The position numbers and the translations under genes were made by a program. Below are positions 10,661 to 20,687 of a stretch of DNA of 41,981 bases, piece by piece. Origin of the DNA: an uncultured Alphaproteobacteria bacterium (lineage in GTDB: Bacteria > Pseudomonadota > Alphaproteobacteria > Thalassobaculales > Thalassobaculaceae). The notes under the pieces were generated by a model. That model was not told the origin of the DNA. It did no database searches and saw nothing but the letters and a program-made list of their open reading frames with translations. Numbering within the stretch: position 1 is the stretch's first letter; the number at the start of each line of letters is the position of its first letter. The stretch spans positions 1 through 41,981 of the forward strand of contig CALIMD010000152.1 of the NCBI GenBank assembly GCA_938028645.1, in the 5' to 3' direction.

Positions 10661-12155
10661 TACTCGTAAAAAATCATACTTCGAATTAACCAAAAAATGG
10701 CAACGCGTTGCGGTCCTCTCGGATGCGATAGCGATGCTTTCTTGGGATCGCCAAGCGATAATGCCTTCTGGTTCTGGTGCTGCACGCGCCGAACAAATAG
10801 CTATTCTCTCTGTTTTAAAACATGAAGAAATAACCGATCCGTTAACATTAGAATTGATAGATAAAGCAGATAAGGCTGAGCTAGATGATATAGAACAGAA
10901 AAACTTATTTGAAATTCGGCGTATTTATCGACATGCTGCAGCCTTGTCTCCTAAGCTGGTCGAAGAACATTCGCGTGCTTGTGCTGCCTGCGAGGGACAA
11001 TGGCAGTTGGCTCGAAAAGAGAATAACTTCCAGGTTGTTGCTGGATCATTAGGGGAAGTTGTTAATTTAACGCAACAGATTGCCGCTATTAAAGCGGAAA
11101 CATTCAAGTCTAATTCATATGATAGTCTTTTAGATGAATACGAGCCGGGTGGATCTTCGACGCAAATTGATGCAATTTTTGCTTTATTAGAACCGGCACT
11201 GCAAAAGCTCCTTCCAGAAGTAATAGAGTATCAAGCTGATATTGATTTTCCCACATATTCAACCCCGGTGCCTATTGAGACTCAAAAGAGTTTAGGTCAA
11301 ATAATTATGAAGGCACTAGGGTTTGACTTCTTGAAAGGTCGCCTCGATACAAGTGTTCACCCCTTTTCGGGTGGCACTCCAGATGATGTCAGAATAACCA
11401 CACGTTATAATGAGAATGACTGGACAGGCAGTTTGATGGGTGTGATACATGAGACGGGTCATGCTCTGTATGAACAAGGTTTGCCAAGTCGTTGGCGAGG
11501 ACAGCCTGTGGGGTCTGCAAGAGGGATGGTGGTTCATGAGAGTCAATCACTATTAATGGAGATGCAAGTTTGCCGCTCTCTGGAGTTTTTTAAGTTTTTG
11601 GCCCCCATCATAGCAAAAGAATTTATGGTGCGAGGAGATCAGTGGAAAGCCGAGGAACTAAGTAAGAATTCAAAACGAGTTATTCCTAACTTCATTAGGG
11701 TTGATGCGGACGAAATCACCTACCCCCTCCACATTATACTTCGTTATAAACTAGAAAAGGCCCTCATGCGCGATGATCTGTCAGTTGCGGATTTACCTGA
11801 TGCATGGAACGAAGCATTTGAATCGAGTTTTGGGATGCGACCGCCCGATGATTTGCAGGGTTGCCTACAAGATATACACTGGTATGACGGAGCATTTGGT
11901 TACTTCCCTACTTATACTCTTGGTGCTTTGGCTGCTGCTCAACTATTCTCTGCGGCTAGAAAAGATCACCCAGAACTATTGGCACAAATTTCAAAGGGAC
12001 ATTTTTCTACACTGTTGAGTTGGCTGAGAAAAAACGTACATAGCATCGGAAGTGCGCTTAGTACCGAAGAAATATTGATTAAAGCGACGGGAAGCTCACT
12101 CTCGACAACGGCCTTTTTGGCACACTTGAACAGTAGATATCTCGGTAAAGCGTGA
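10653..12155 (+). CDS. carboxypeptidase Taq-like metallopeptidase (M32 family)
   Basis: HETGHALYEQG (HExxH) followed by HESQS and DIHWYDGAFGYFPTYTLG. The ATG at 10653 overlaps the surf1 stop (ATGACTAA), and the ORF-track start at 10614 lies inside surf1. Confidence 0.85.
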   Translation: MTNTRKKSYFELTKKWQRVAVLSDAIAMLSWDRQAIMPSGSGAARAEQIAILSVLKHEEITDPLTLELIDKADKAELDDIEQKNLFEIRRIYRHAAALSPKLVEEHSRACAACEGQWQLARKENNFQVVAGSLGEVVNLTQQIAAIKAETFKSNSYDSLLDEYEPGGSSTQIDAIFALLEPALQKLLPEVIEYQADIDFPTYSTPVPIETQKSLGQIIMKALGFDFLKGRLDTSVHPFSGGTPDDVRITTRYNENDWTGSLMGVIHETGHALYEQGLPSRWRGQPVGSARGMVVHESQSLLMEMQVCRSLEFFKFLAPIIAKEFMVRGDQWKAEELSKNSKRVIPNFIRVDADEITYPLHIILRYKLEKALMRDDLSVADLPDAWNEAFESSFGMRPPDDLQGCLQDIHWYDGAFGYFPTYTLGALAAAQLFSAARKDHPELLAQISKGHFSTLLSWLRKNVHSIGSALSTEEILIKATGSSLSTTAFLAHLNSRYLGKA

Positions 12156-12171
12156 AAAACTTATTAGAAGA

Positions 12172-13062
12172 CTAATTTTTCGAGACGAAACGGGCAAGGA
12201 TATCTGTCACATCTTCAGCTGTTTTTCCTTTTTTCCTTTTTTCCACAATTTCTTTACCCAAAATAGACTTTTCCACAACCATGTATGTTTCTGCTACGCC
12301 ATGGAAAAGCTTCTCCGATAAATTATTGTCATCGAAAGTTTTTGCTATTTCCTCCATTTCTCCCACCCATCGATAGGCTTTGGGACACATATCTGGCAGC
12401 CACTTTTTCATATGATTAAAAAGATTGGGTTGGCTAGAATTTAACTCTTGGGCGAACGCATCCTCTACACCTTCTAACTTAGCAATGATCATTGAATTTA
12501 TTGCTATGGCCGTTAGTCCTTTTGTCATAGCCGCGTATGACATTTTTATGGCAGAGGCAGAACCTACTTCATTCCCTAAGCTCCGGAAGTCAAGCCCTGT
12601 TGCGTTTAAGGAGGTAAGCTCTTGCGAATTTGGTCCAGAAACGTACAAGCGAGGGCTATCATTTTTGGGTGCTCTAGGCGGTCCCCCAATGATTCCGCCA
12701 TCGATAAATTCTAATCCGACCTTACTTGCTCTCTGAGCCGCATTCTTTCCCGTGTTTGGCGAGATTGCATTAAGATCCACAATAATTGGTCTCGAGGAGT
12801 ACTTGGTGGCCTTTTTTGCTAGAGTGTCAATAAACTCAAGAGCCTTATCTGGTCTCATAATCGATAGTATTACATCAACGTTATTGAACAAATTATCTAT
12901 ATCTCCCACATCTTCAATTCCTGCCTCTTGGGACAATGTTTTTGTTCTTTCTGAACGCCCTTCCAAGGCAGACACGACCCTATAACCGCCTTCAACAAGT
13001 AGTCTACCAATCCCATGTCCCATGTCTCCGGGTGACTGGATAGCTATTGTCTTGATATTCAT
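12172..13062 (-). CDS. NAD(P)-binding oxidoreductase, 6-phosphogluconate-dehydrogenase-like with DUF1932-type C-terminus
   Basis: N-terminal Rossmann motif IAIQSPGDMGHGIG and about 296 aa. The C-terminal half resembles DUF1932. The specific substrate is unknown. Confidence 0.6.
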   Translation of the reverse strand: MNIKTIAIQSPGDMGHGIGRLLVEGGYRVVSALEGRSERTKTLSQEAGIEDVGDIDNLFNNVDVILSIMRPDKALEFIDTLAKKATKYSSRPIIVDLNAISPNTGKNAAQRASKVGLEFIDGGIIGGPPRAPKNDSPRLYVSGPNSQELTSLNATGLDFRSLGNEVGSASAIKMSYAAMTKGLTAIAINSMIIAKLEGVEDAFAQELNSSQPNLFNHMKKWLPDMCPKAYRWVGEMEEIAKTFDDNNLSEKLFHGVAETYMVVEKSILGKEIVEKRKKGKTAEDVTDILARFVSKN

Positions 13063-13157
13063 AGTTTTAATCCTTTTATTTTATGGGTAGCACCATCATT
13101 CTTGCAAGACGGCGAAGCCAAGGCTAGTGTGGCCAAATATTGGCTCTGGAGATACTC

Positions 13158-14564
13158 TTGAAATATATTAGCACGCGGGGGATTGCCCCGGAATTAGATT
13201 TTGATGATGTTCTGATCACAGGGTTAGCTCGAGATGGCGGACTTTACGTGCCCAAAGAGTGGCCAAAATTTAGCAAGAATGAAATTGAATGCATGCGGGA
13301 ATTATCGTACGCGGACCTATCAATTCAAGTTATGAAAGCATTTATTGGCAATAGTATCTCAAGTGATGACTTTGATGCGCTGGTCCGTGATACCTATGAC
13401 AAATTTGGACATCCAGCTGTAGCACCGTTGAAGCAGTTAAAAAATAATCTGTGGTTATTAGAGTTGTTTCATGGTCCAACGCTTGCCTTCAAAGACTACG
13501 CCATGCAGATCCTTGGAGGGTTATTTGATGAAGCACTTCAAAGACGCAAAAAGCGAACAACAATAGTTGGTGCAACATCGGGCGATACAGGATCAGCTGC
13601 TATTGAAGCTTGCAGAAATAGGGAGGCAATTGATATTTTTATACTGTTTCCTAAAGGAAGGGTCTCGAATATTCAACAAAGGCAGATGACAACGGTTGAT
13701 GCTCCAAATGTCCATGCGATCGCTTTGGAGGGTACTTTTGACGACTGCCAAGACATGGTTAAGTCATTGTTTAATGATCTGGAATATCGTGATAAATATA
13801 ATCTCTCGGCAGTTAATTCAATTAACTGGGCGAGATTATTGCCCCAGATCATCTACTACTTTTGGGCTGCGTTAGCATTGGGAGGCCCCAATCGTAAAGT
13901 AAGTTTCTCGGTACCTTCAGGAAACTTTGGCAACGTTTTCTCTGCCTACGCGGCAAAAGCGCTAGGATTACCAATTGAGAATTTGGTAGTTGCAACGAAT
14001 ACAAACGATATTTTATCAAGATTTTTTAATTCTGGTAAAATGGAAATCAAGCAGGTCAGGCCTAGTTTGAGTCCAAGTATGGATATCCAGGTGTCTAGTA
14101 ATTTTGAGCGACTTTTATTTGATTTATGCGGACGTGATGGTTCACTAACAAATGAAATAATAGAGAATTTTCGAACTAACGGCTATTTTGACATTGAAAT
14201 GGAGCTAATCGCTAAGAGAGCAAATATTTTCTCAGCGCTTAGTGTGGACGATGAAAGTACCCTAGCTAGAATGAAAAAAACTCATAAGGATACAGGTGAG
14301 ATAATAGATCCCCATAGCGCGGTTGGATTAGAAGCAGCGCATCAAATTAGATCATCTGGATTCGTGTCTCCAGAAATACCAATTATCTCTTTGGCTTGCG
14401 CTCACCCGGCTAAATTTCCTGATGCTGTGCATAGGGCGACGGGCTCCTATCCTGATTTGCCGATTCAACTCGATGATTTATTACAAAAAAAAGAACACAC
14501 GGTCGTACTTCCAAATGATTTTGATTCGGTAGCCAATTATATTGCGGATAATACAAATGTCTGA
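13158..14564 (+). CDS. thrC: threonine synthase
   Basis: MKYISTRG N-terminus, PLP-lysine motif FHGPTLAFKDYAMQ, GATSGDTGSAA. There is no in-frame ATG. The TTG at 13158 has a GGAG 8 nt upstream, and the ORF opens at TTG 13140. Confidence 0.9.
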   Translation: MKYISTRGIAPELDFDDVLITGLARDGGLYVPKEWPKFSKNEIECMRELSYADLSIQVMKAFIGNSISSDDFDALVRDTYDKFGHPAVAPLKQLKNNLWLLELFHGPTLAFKDYAMQILGGLFDEALQRRKKRTTIVGATSGDTGSAAIEACRNREAIDIFILFPKGRVSNIQQRQMTTVDAPNVHAIALEGTFDDCQDMVKSLFNDLEYRDKYNLSAVNSINWARLLPQIIYYFWAALALGGPNRKVSFSVPSGNFGNVFSAYAAKALGLPIENLVVATNTNDILSRFFNSGKMEIKQVRPSLSPSMDIQVSSNFERLLFDLCGRDGSLTNEIIENFRTNGYFDIEMELIAKRANIFSALSVDDESTLARMKKTHKDTGEIIDPHSAVGLEAAHQIRSSGFVSPEIPIISLACAHPAKFPDAVHRATGSYPDLPIQLDDLLQKKEHTVVLPNDFDSVANYIADNTNV

Positions 14565-15822
14565 GTCTCAAGTTAAAGTTACTAACTTGGACAATGGTAT
14601 ACGAGTTGTTAGTGATACAATGAATTCTGTAGAGAGCGTTTCGCTTGGTGCTTGGTTTGGAATTGGTACAAGGAATGAGTCCGCAGATGTGAATGGGGTA
14701 GCCCATCTTCTAGAACATATGGCATTCAAGGGTACTAACGGTAGAAGTGCGGCGGCCATAGCTGAAGAAGTAGAGATTGTTGGAGGACATCTCAATGCAT
14801 ATACCTCTCGGGAACAGACGGCTTATTATGCAAAACTTTTAAAGGACGATATGAGCTTAGGAGTCGATATCCTAAGTGATATTCTGCAAAACTCCATATT
14901 TGCAGAATTAGAGTTAGATCGCGAACGCAATGTGGTATTGCAAGAAATAGGACAGTGTGCAGATACACCGGATGATATAATTTTCGATTATTTTCAGTCG
15001 ACAGCCTACCCAGACCAGGGACTTGGCCGTCCAGTTCTTGGCACTGGAGAAATTATAAGTAAAATGTCGCGAGATACCGTAGTTAAATTCATAAATGATA
15101 ATTATGGTGGTGAGCAAATGGTTTTTTCTGCAGCGGGGAATATCTGCCACGATAATCTCGTAGATCTTGTAAACAGTAAATTCTCGTCGGTCTCTAAGAA
15201 ACAAATTCCAGCGTTGGAGCCGGCAAACTATGTAGGTGGCGATTGGCGGCAGCATAAAAATCTAGAACAGGTTCACTTAATCATAGGTTTCCCCGGGGTA
15301 ACTTTTTATGATCCGGACTTTTACGCTCAACAGGTATTATCCATGTTGCTGGGTGGAGGAATGTCCTCGCGTTTGTTTCAAGAAGTTAGAGAAAAACGAG
15401 GTTTAGTCTATTCAATTTATGCATTCACGTCTGCTTACAGAGATAGTGGTATATTGGGGATTTATGCTGGGACAGGTGAAAAACAGATAAAGGAATTAGT
15501 GCCAGTAGTATGCGATGAACTATTGGGGATTATAGAAAGCGATCTTGAATTAGAAATTGAGAGATCAAAAGTACAGCTGTGTTCTGGCCTGTTAATGAGT
15601 CGTGAGACGACCTCCAACCGTTGTGAGCAAATGGCTCAACATCTCCTGGTTCATGGAGGTATTATGACGGTTGAGGAAATAGTAGAAAAGGTCAATCAGG
15701 TTGATATAATTTCTGTGAAAAGAGTAATAAAAAAACTTTTGGCTACTGTTCCCACACTGACTGCCCTTGGTCCTGTTTCTAACTTAGAATCATACGAAAA
15801 ATTTTGTGATAGACTGAAATAA
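14557..15822 (+). CDS. M16 family zinc peptidase (mitochondrial-processing-peptidase-like)
   Basis: Inverted zinc motif HLLEHMAFKGT and about 421 aa. The ATG at 14557 overlaps the thrC stop (ATGTCTGA). Confidence 0.85.
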   Translation: MSESQVKVTNLDNGIRVVSDTMNSVESVSLGAWFGIGTRNESADVNGVAHLLEHMAFKGTNGRSAAAIAEEVEIVGGHLNAYTSREQTAYYAKLLKDDMSLGVDILSDILQNSIFAELELDRERNVVLQEIGQCADTPDDIIFDYFQSTAYPDQGLGRPVLGTGEIISKMSRDTVVKFINDNYGGEQMVFSAAGNICHDNLVDLVNSKFSSVSKKQIPALEPANYVGGDWRQHKNLEQVHLIIGFPGVTFYDPDFYAQQVLSMLLGGGMSSRLFQEVREKRGLVYSIYAFTSAYRDSGILGIYAGTGEKQIKELVPVVCDELLGIIESDLELEIERSKVQLCSGLLMSRETTSNRCEQMAQHLLVHGGIMTVEEIVEKVNQVDIISVKRVIKKLLATVPTLTALGPVSNLESYEKFCDRLK

Positions 15823-15894
15823 TTACAGATCTATACTAGGTCTAAGGCTTGCCTGAATTTAGTTGTCGTGTTCAACTTGTATTTTTAATAGCAA

Positions 15895-16494
15895 TTGAAA
15901 TATGTTGTGGCTTTAAATTTTTTCCCCTCAATTTTATCTGAACCGAGAATTACTCTTCCACGTTTGTTTTTGCGTTCACCCGTCCGCGGAGATTGGACGG
16001 CGTGGGTTAAAGTTAGATCAGATAGTCGTAAATTTTTGACTCCGTGGGAACCGACTTGGCCTGTTGACGCCCTGACAAAGGCCTCCTTTCGACGTCGCTT
16101 GTCAAAGTACTCAGAAGATTGGAGTAATGACCGCGGATATGCTTTTTTTATTTTTAGAAGATTAGATAATGTCCTCGTAGGAGGAATAACCATTGCTAAT
16201 GTAAAGCGTGGTGTAGCTCAATCGGCTTCATTCGGATACTGGATGGGTCGCGAGTACGCACGGAATGGATATATGACTGAGGCAGTGCACGGGGCGTGTG
16301 ATTTTGTTTTTGATAATTTATCTCTTCACAGAGTTGAGGCGGCATGTCTACCAACTAATCATCCTAGTCAAGGTGTGCTGAACAAAGCTGGTTTCCGATA
16401 TGAGGGCTTAGCCAAAAAATATTTGAAGATTAATGGGGAATGGGAGGATCACATGATATTTGCTCTTCTCAAAGAAGAGTTTTATTCTTCATAA
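15895..16494 (+). CDS. GNAT family N-acetyltransferase (RimJ/RimL-like)
   Basis: GYWMGREYARNGYMTEA...HRVEAACLPTNHPSQGVLNKAGFRYEG is a typical acetyl-CoA-binding core. The start is uncertain (TTG 15895 or GTG 15907). Confidence 0.75.
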   Translation: MKYVVALNFFPSILSEPRITLPRLFLRSPVRGDWTAWVKVRSDSRKFLTPWEPTWPVDALTKASFRRRLSKYSEDWSNDRGYAFFIFRRLDNVLVGGITIANVKRGVAQSASFGYWMGREYARNGYMTEAVHGACDFVFDNLSLHRVEAACLPTNHPSQGVLNKAGFRYEGLAKKYLKINGEWEDHMIFALLKEEFYSS

Positions 16495-16520
16495 AAGCTA
16501 TTCTCACGTTATAATAGAGA

Positions 16521-17294
16521 ATGGTTCGTAGTGTTCCGAATGACAACGTATTGGGAATATCCTTTGTGTCTAATAGAGATATTCAAGGTATAGATATTCT
16601 TCTTCCTTCGGGGACCAGGACTTTTGTGGAAACAAAAATCAGTGATCGGACCAAGAGAATAAGTCTGCGTATAGACACGAGCCGTAATGCGGCTGTTCTG
16701 ACTCATCCAAGAGAAACGTCAACTCCTATTATTAAGAATTTTATACAGAATCACTTAAATTGGCTCTCTGATAAATTATCGCAAATCCCAAATCGAGTCG
16801 AATTTTGTGATGGCGCGGTATTACCGATCCTTGGGGAGCGTTATGTTATAAGACACTGCCCGAAGAACTTTGGAAATGTATGGATTCAATTGAATGAATC
16901 TAATCTGCCAATGGATCTTTGTGTTAGTGGCATGACTGAGCATATTCCTCGTAGGATTAAGGATTGGATTAAAATAAAAGCTTGGGAAGAGATGCGAACC
17001 AGGAGTCAGAATTACGCAAAAATTTTAGATAGAAATATTAATAAAGTTACTGTTAGGGATACAAAGTCTAGGTGGGGAAGTTGCTCGTCAAACGGCAATT
17101 TATCTTTTTCGTGGAGGCTTGTTTTTGCCCCTGAGCATGTTCTCAACTATGTTTGCGCCCATGAGGTAGCTCATCTGGTAGAGATGAATCATTCTCCAAG
17201 ATTCTGGAAAAATGTTGAGTTTTTGATCAATGACTGGAAAAAATCAAAAAAATGGCTGAAGGAGTATGGGAATGTCCTTCATAGTTTTGGATAA
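16521..17294 (+). CDS. YgjP-like (DUF45/M48-related) metal-dependent hydrolase
   Basis: C-terminal HEVAHLVEMNHSPRFW zinc motif preceded by WGSCSSNGNLSFSWRL, characteristic of the YgjP family. Confidence 0.75.
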   Translation: MVRSVPNDNVLGISFVSNRDIQGIDILLPSGTRTFVETKISDRTKRISLRIDTSRNAAVLTHPRETSTPIIKNFIQNHLNWLSDKLSQIPNRVEFCDGAVLPILGERYVIRHCPKNFGNVWIQLNESNLPMDLCVSGMTEHIPRRIKDWIKIKAWEEMRTRSQNYAKILDRNINKVTVRDTKSRWGSCSSNGNLSFSWRLVFAPEHVLNYVCAHEVAHLVEMNHSPRFWKNVEFLINDWKKSKKWLKEYGNVLHSFG

Positions 17295-17328
17295 ATCAAT
17301 GATTATTGGTGTTTGGATAATAGATTGA

Positions 17329-17772
17329 ATGATAATTAAAAGGGCGGCAAAAGCCATAATTACAGATGATCAAGGCCGCTATTTGTTTCAGTTACGTGAT
17401 GATATTTCGACAATTACTTTCCCTGGATATTGGGGATTGTTTGGAGGGGCCTTAGAAAGCATGGAGACCCCTATTCTAGCTATAAAGCGCGAACTTTATG
17501 AAGAACTATCGTACTGTCCAGACTCAATAGAGCATTTCTTTTTGTGCACTTATTCTCTAGACATGGTGAATATAATTGATAGAGAAATGACAGTATTTAC
17601 TTGCTCTATCAAAAAAGCGGAGATCGACAAACTCGAGTTAAAAGAAGGTCGATGTTTTTCTTTTTTTACTACACAAGAATTAAAAAATAGGAAAGTTGTT
17701 CCCTTAGATCTCTCTGTAGTCTTAATGCATCAACTGTCAAATTCAATGCCGCATCTTCTCACTAGCAATTAA
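17329..17772 (+). CDS. Nudix hydrolase
   Basis: Nudix box GGALESMETPILAIKRELYEEL (Gx5Ex7REUxEExGU pattern), 147 aa. Confidence 0.8.
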   Translation: MIIKRAAKAIITDDQGRYLFQLRDDISTITFPGYWGLFGGALESMETPILAIKRELYEELSYCPDSIEHFFLCTYSLDMVNIIDREMTVFTCSIKKAEIDKLELKEGRCFSFFTTQELKNRKVVPLDLSVVLMHQLSNSMPHLLTSN

Positions 17773-17855
17773 TTTGAGCTTCCAGAGGAGGCGTGGTCTT
17801 GGTTTAGAAAAGAACTATAATCTTATATAGAAAACTCTTAACAGTTTTCATTAAA

Positions 17856-18848
17856 TTGATATGTTTGTTATTCGCCTTAAAATACACTTCGAACTTTATT
17901 TGGCAGGCTTTTTTGGAAGAACTCTTAAGACAACTTCGGGCTGCGGCAGAGCCAACAAGATTAAGAATTATAGCTCTTTGTGGTCACGCTGAACTTTCTG
18001 TGGGGGATTTTGTTGCAATTCTGGGGCAAAGCCAACCACGTGTGTCACGTCATTTGAAATTATTAGTCGACGCTGGGCTTCTAATTCGCAATAAAGAGGG
18101 TAGTCGAGCTTATTATAGATTGTTTGAATCTGTTAAAAATGCTCAATTAAGTCAAGTTCTCAATGATCTTATGGACGAAAGTGACCCAGTGCTAGTGTTA
18201 GATCTTTCTAGACTGGGGATAATAAGATCAGAACGCGCTCGTTTTGCGGATAATTACTTTGACGAATTTGCGGGTGAACAGAGCCGACTGAGTCGAATTT
18301 CTGCTGACGAAGAGTTAATAAATCAGCTTTTGTTCCGATATGTCCAACAAGAAAATATAGGTGAGCTGCTTGATGTTGGAACCGGTAACGGGAGGATGCT
18401 GCTTCTGCTGGGGTCAAAAATAGAGAAGGCAATAGGGATTGATAATTCCCGCGAAATGTTGGCTATTGCGAGGACGAACCTAGAACAAGCAAACTTAAAA
18501 AACTGTCAGGTTCGTATCGGAGATATGTATCGACTCCCTTTTGCCGAAAATCGTTTTGGACTGATAACAATTAATTCCCTATTGCGTTATGCAGAAAAGC
18601 CCAAAGACGTTTTGACTGAAGCAACTCGGGTGCTAAAGCCGGGAGGTATTCTTTTTATAGTTGATTTTTCTGATCACGGGTTGACAGAATTGAGAGATGA
18701 GTACGGTCACCGATGGTTAGGTTTTTCGAAAGATGAAATGTTAGACATGTTAGACGGGGAAAAAATTCGTATAGAAAGTACTAATTTTTTTAAGGGGGAG
18801 GTCCTGACAGTTTGCGTGTGGAAGGGACAAAAAGTAGAAAATGGTTGA
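17856..18848 (+). CDS. ArsR/SmtB-type HTH regulator fused to a class I SAM-dependent methyltransferase
   Basis: N-terminal EPTRLRIIALC...SQPRVSRHLKLLVDAGLL winged helix. C-terminal LLDVGTGNGRML and VLKPGGILFIVDF methyltransferase motifs. No in-frame ATG near the 5' end. TTG at 17856, 17865 or 17913 (MEELLRQL...) are candidates. Confidence 0.8.
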   Translation: MICLLFALKYTSNFIWQAFLEELLRQLRAAAEPTRLRIIALCGHAELSVGDFVAILGQSQPRVSRHLKLLVDAGLLIRNKEGSRAYYRLFESVKNAQLSQVLNDLMDESDPVLVLDLSRLGIIRSERARFADNYFDEFAGEQSRLSRISADEELINQLLFRYVQQENIGELLDVGTGNGRMLLLLGSKIEKAIGIDNSREMLAIARTNLEQANLKNCQVRIGDMYRLPFAENRFGLITINSLLRYAEKPKDVLTEATRVLKPGGILFIVDFSDHGLTELRDEYGHRWLGFSKDEMLDMLDGEKIRIESTNFFKGEVLTVCVWKGQKVENG

Positions 18849-18866
18849 GGGTAATAACCTCAGATT

Positions 18867-20687
18867 TTATACAGAATCCAGGTGTCTAAGCCATATCTCC
18901 AAAGAAACAATCTGCCAAATTACCATCATGTGATTTTCGATATTTTTTCCCGATTTAAGGATTTTGAAATGCTGATTTACCACGTTGTGTAATTCTTTTT
19001 GATTATAAATCCCACGTTCAATAAATTGCCTCGAAGATATTAGGTCTAATAAATTTTTTCTCCCTTGATTGGCAAACCATTGATGAGCAGGCGCATTCCA
19101 TCCCTTTTTAGTAATTCTTGTTCTTGTAGCTTCAGGCAATAATCCCTTGTATGCGCGCCGGGCAAAAGCTTTAGTAATACCATTTCGAATCTTCTGTTCT
19201 GATGGGACGCCACCCATTAATTCGAATAGTCTATAATCTAGAAACGGATGGAAGTCCGATATTCCCATGGCATTGGAATTCAAATGACTCGCGCGCAAAC
19301 AACATGGCATAGTTGTTTGCAATAATTCATTTCTACTATGACTCAAAAGATAGCTATCCGATGTAGCATGATAAGTTGGAATGACATCGGTTAAATCAGT
19401 CAGATCTGAATGCAGTATTTTTTGGTATTTGTACAGCAATCCAATGTCTGGGTTGCAGTTCCCTATAGCGGATTGACTGGTTAATTTAGATATTTGTGAC
19501 ATAGCTAAATTTTCGGATTTTTTAAATATAGGATGATTGTGATTTCGGATCCAAGCTTCAATTTCTTGTCTAAGTAAGGCATCTTTTTTTTGGTACTTTA
19601 AATCAGCAAAAAAATAGAAAAAGTAATCATATTCCCCTGCATTTAGTTCATCACCCCCCAAGCCCGTAAAAAGTGATCGATATCCAAGTTGTTTGGCCTT
19701 CTTGGTTAAAATAAAATGATTTAACCATGTCGCGGTAGGTATGGGGTACTCATGGTGGGGAGTAACTTTTTCAAGGAGGTCAAAAATGTTGGGATTATCA
19801 ATTGAAACGGCCTCCCATTCCACGATACCAGAATTCACAATATCCATTATTTCAAGTTTCTCATCGAACGACTTATCCTCATGGATGGATGAGATCGCTG
19901 GTTGTGGAATACCAGTAATTTTGTGTGCCATAGCTATGACGGCCGAACTATCTAGTCCGCCCGAAAGAGTAAAGATCGGGTCAGATGACTTTTTTAAACG
20001 GCGTGCCACAGAATCCTCAAAAAGTTCAATATAATCGGTTTCTGTAACTATTAGGCCCTGTCTTTTCTCATCGGATTGCCACTCATAGAAACTATAGTTG
20101 TTTGTGGATCCTTTTTTGAATTCGACTATAGACCCAGGGGGTACTTGAACTACGTCTAGAAAGGGAGTTCTATTCGGGTGTGTATCAAGGAAACGGTAAT
20201 TCAAGGCGGCGGCAGTTTTTAAGAACGTTGGGTTTATCTTTTTTGATACAAAGGATAAATTTAGCAGAGACCGAATACTCGAAGAAAAACTGCGATTTGG
20301 CCCTTTCGAGCTATAGTATAACGGTCGAATACCAAACCTATCTCGCGCTAAAGTCAGTGAACCGGAACGCTGGTCAATAAGAGCTAGCGCAAAGTCTCCA
20401 TTAATTTTCCTGAGTGTTGCCTTAAGCCCAATTTTCTCAATCGATATCAAAATTAGTTCAGAATCAGTATGCCCGTTATATTTTGTGCTGAAGTCTTCTG
20501 GGTTATAGATCACCCCATCTAATACCAACATGCGTTTGCCCAAGGTGGCAAAACCCTCTTTGTCTGAGGAAGCGCAACTCAATAAGCAAATTGGCCTCTT
20601 CACGCCAATACTTTGTAGCATAGTTGAAGCCTTGTCATTGGCAAACGCACTTTCACCTGGAAGCTGTATACCTGCTATCTTTCCCAT
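18867..20687 (-). CDS. asparagine synthetase B-like amidoligase lacking the N-terminal Cys nucleophile
   Basis: 606 aa. Intact PP-loop TLSGGLDSSAVIAMA and AsnB C-terminal domain. The N-terminus reads MGKIAGI instead of MCGIAGI, and an in-frame TAA 15 nt upstream of the ATG excludes an extension. Confidence 0.85.
   Translation of the reverse strand: MGKIAGIQLPGESAFANDKASTMLQSIGVKRPICLLSCASSDKEGFATLGKRMLVLDGVIYNPEDFSTKYNGHTDSELILISIEKIGLKATLRKINGDFALALIDQRSGSLTLARDRFGIRPLYYSSKGPNRSFSSSIRSLLNLSFVSKKINPTFLKTAAALNYRFLDTHPNRTPFLDVVQVPPGSIVEFKKGSTNNYSFYEWQSDEKRQGLIVTETDYIELFEDSVARRLKKSSDPIFTLSGGLDSSAVIAMAHKITGIPQPAISSIHEDKSFDEKLEIMDIVNSGIVEWEAVSIDNPNIFDLLEKVTPHHEYPIPTATWLNHFILTKKAKQLGYRSLFTGLGGDELNAGEYDYFFYFFADLKYQKKDALLRQEIEAWIRNHNHPIFKKSENLAMSQISKLTSQSAIGNCNPDIGLLYKYQKILHSDLTDLTDVIPTYHATSDSYLLSHSRNELLQTTMPCCLRASHLNSNAMGISDFHPFLDYRLFELMGGVPSEQKIRNGITKAFARRAYKGLLPEATRTRITKKGWNAPAHQWFANQGRKNLLDLISSRQFIERGIYNQKELHNVVNQHFKILKSGKNIENHMMVIWQIVSLEIWLRHLDSV

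Noticed and set aside
19584-19614. T8 and A7 homopolymers inside the asnB-like gene as possible slipped-strand phase-variation switches
   Set aside because: Equivalent runs occur in core genes of this AT-rich sequence, for example A8 at 14485-14492 in thrC. The tracts are therefore not distinctive, and they are short for phase variation.
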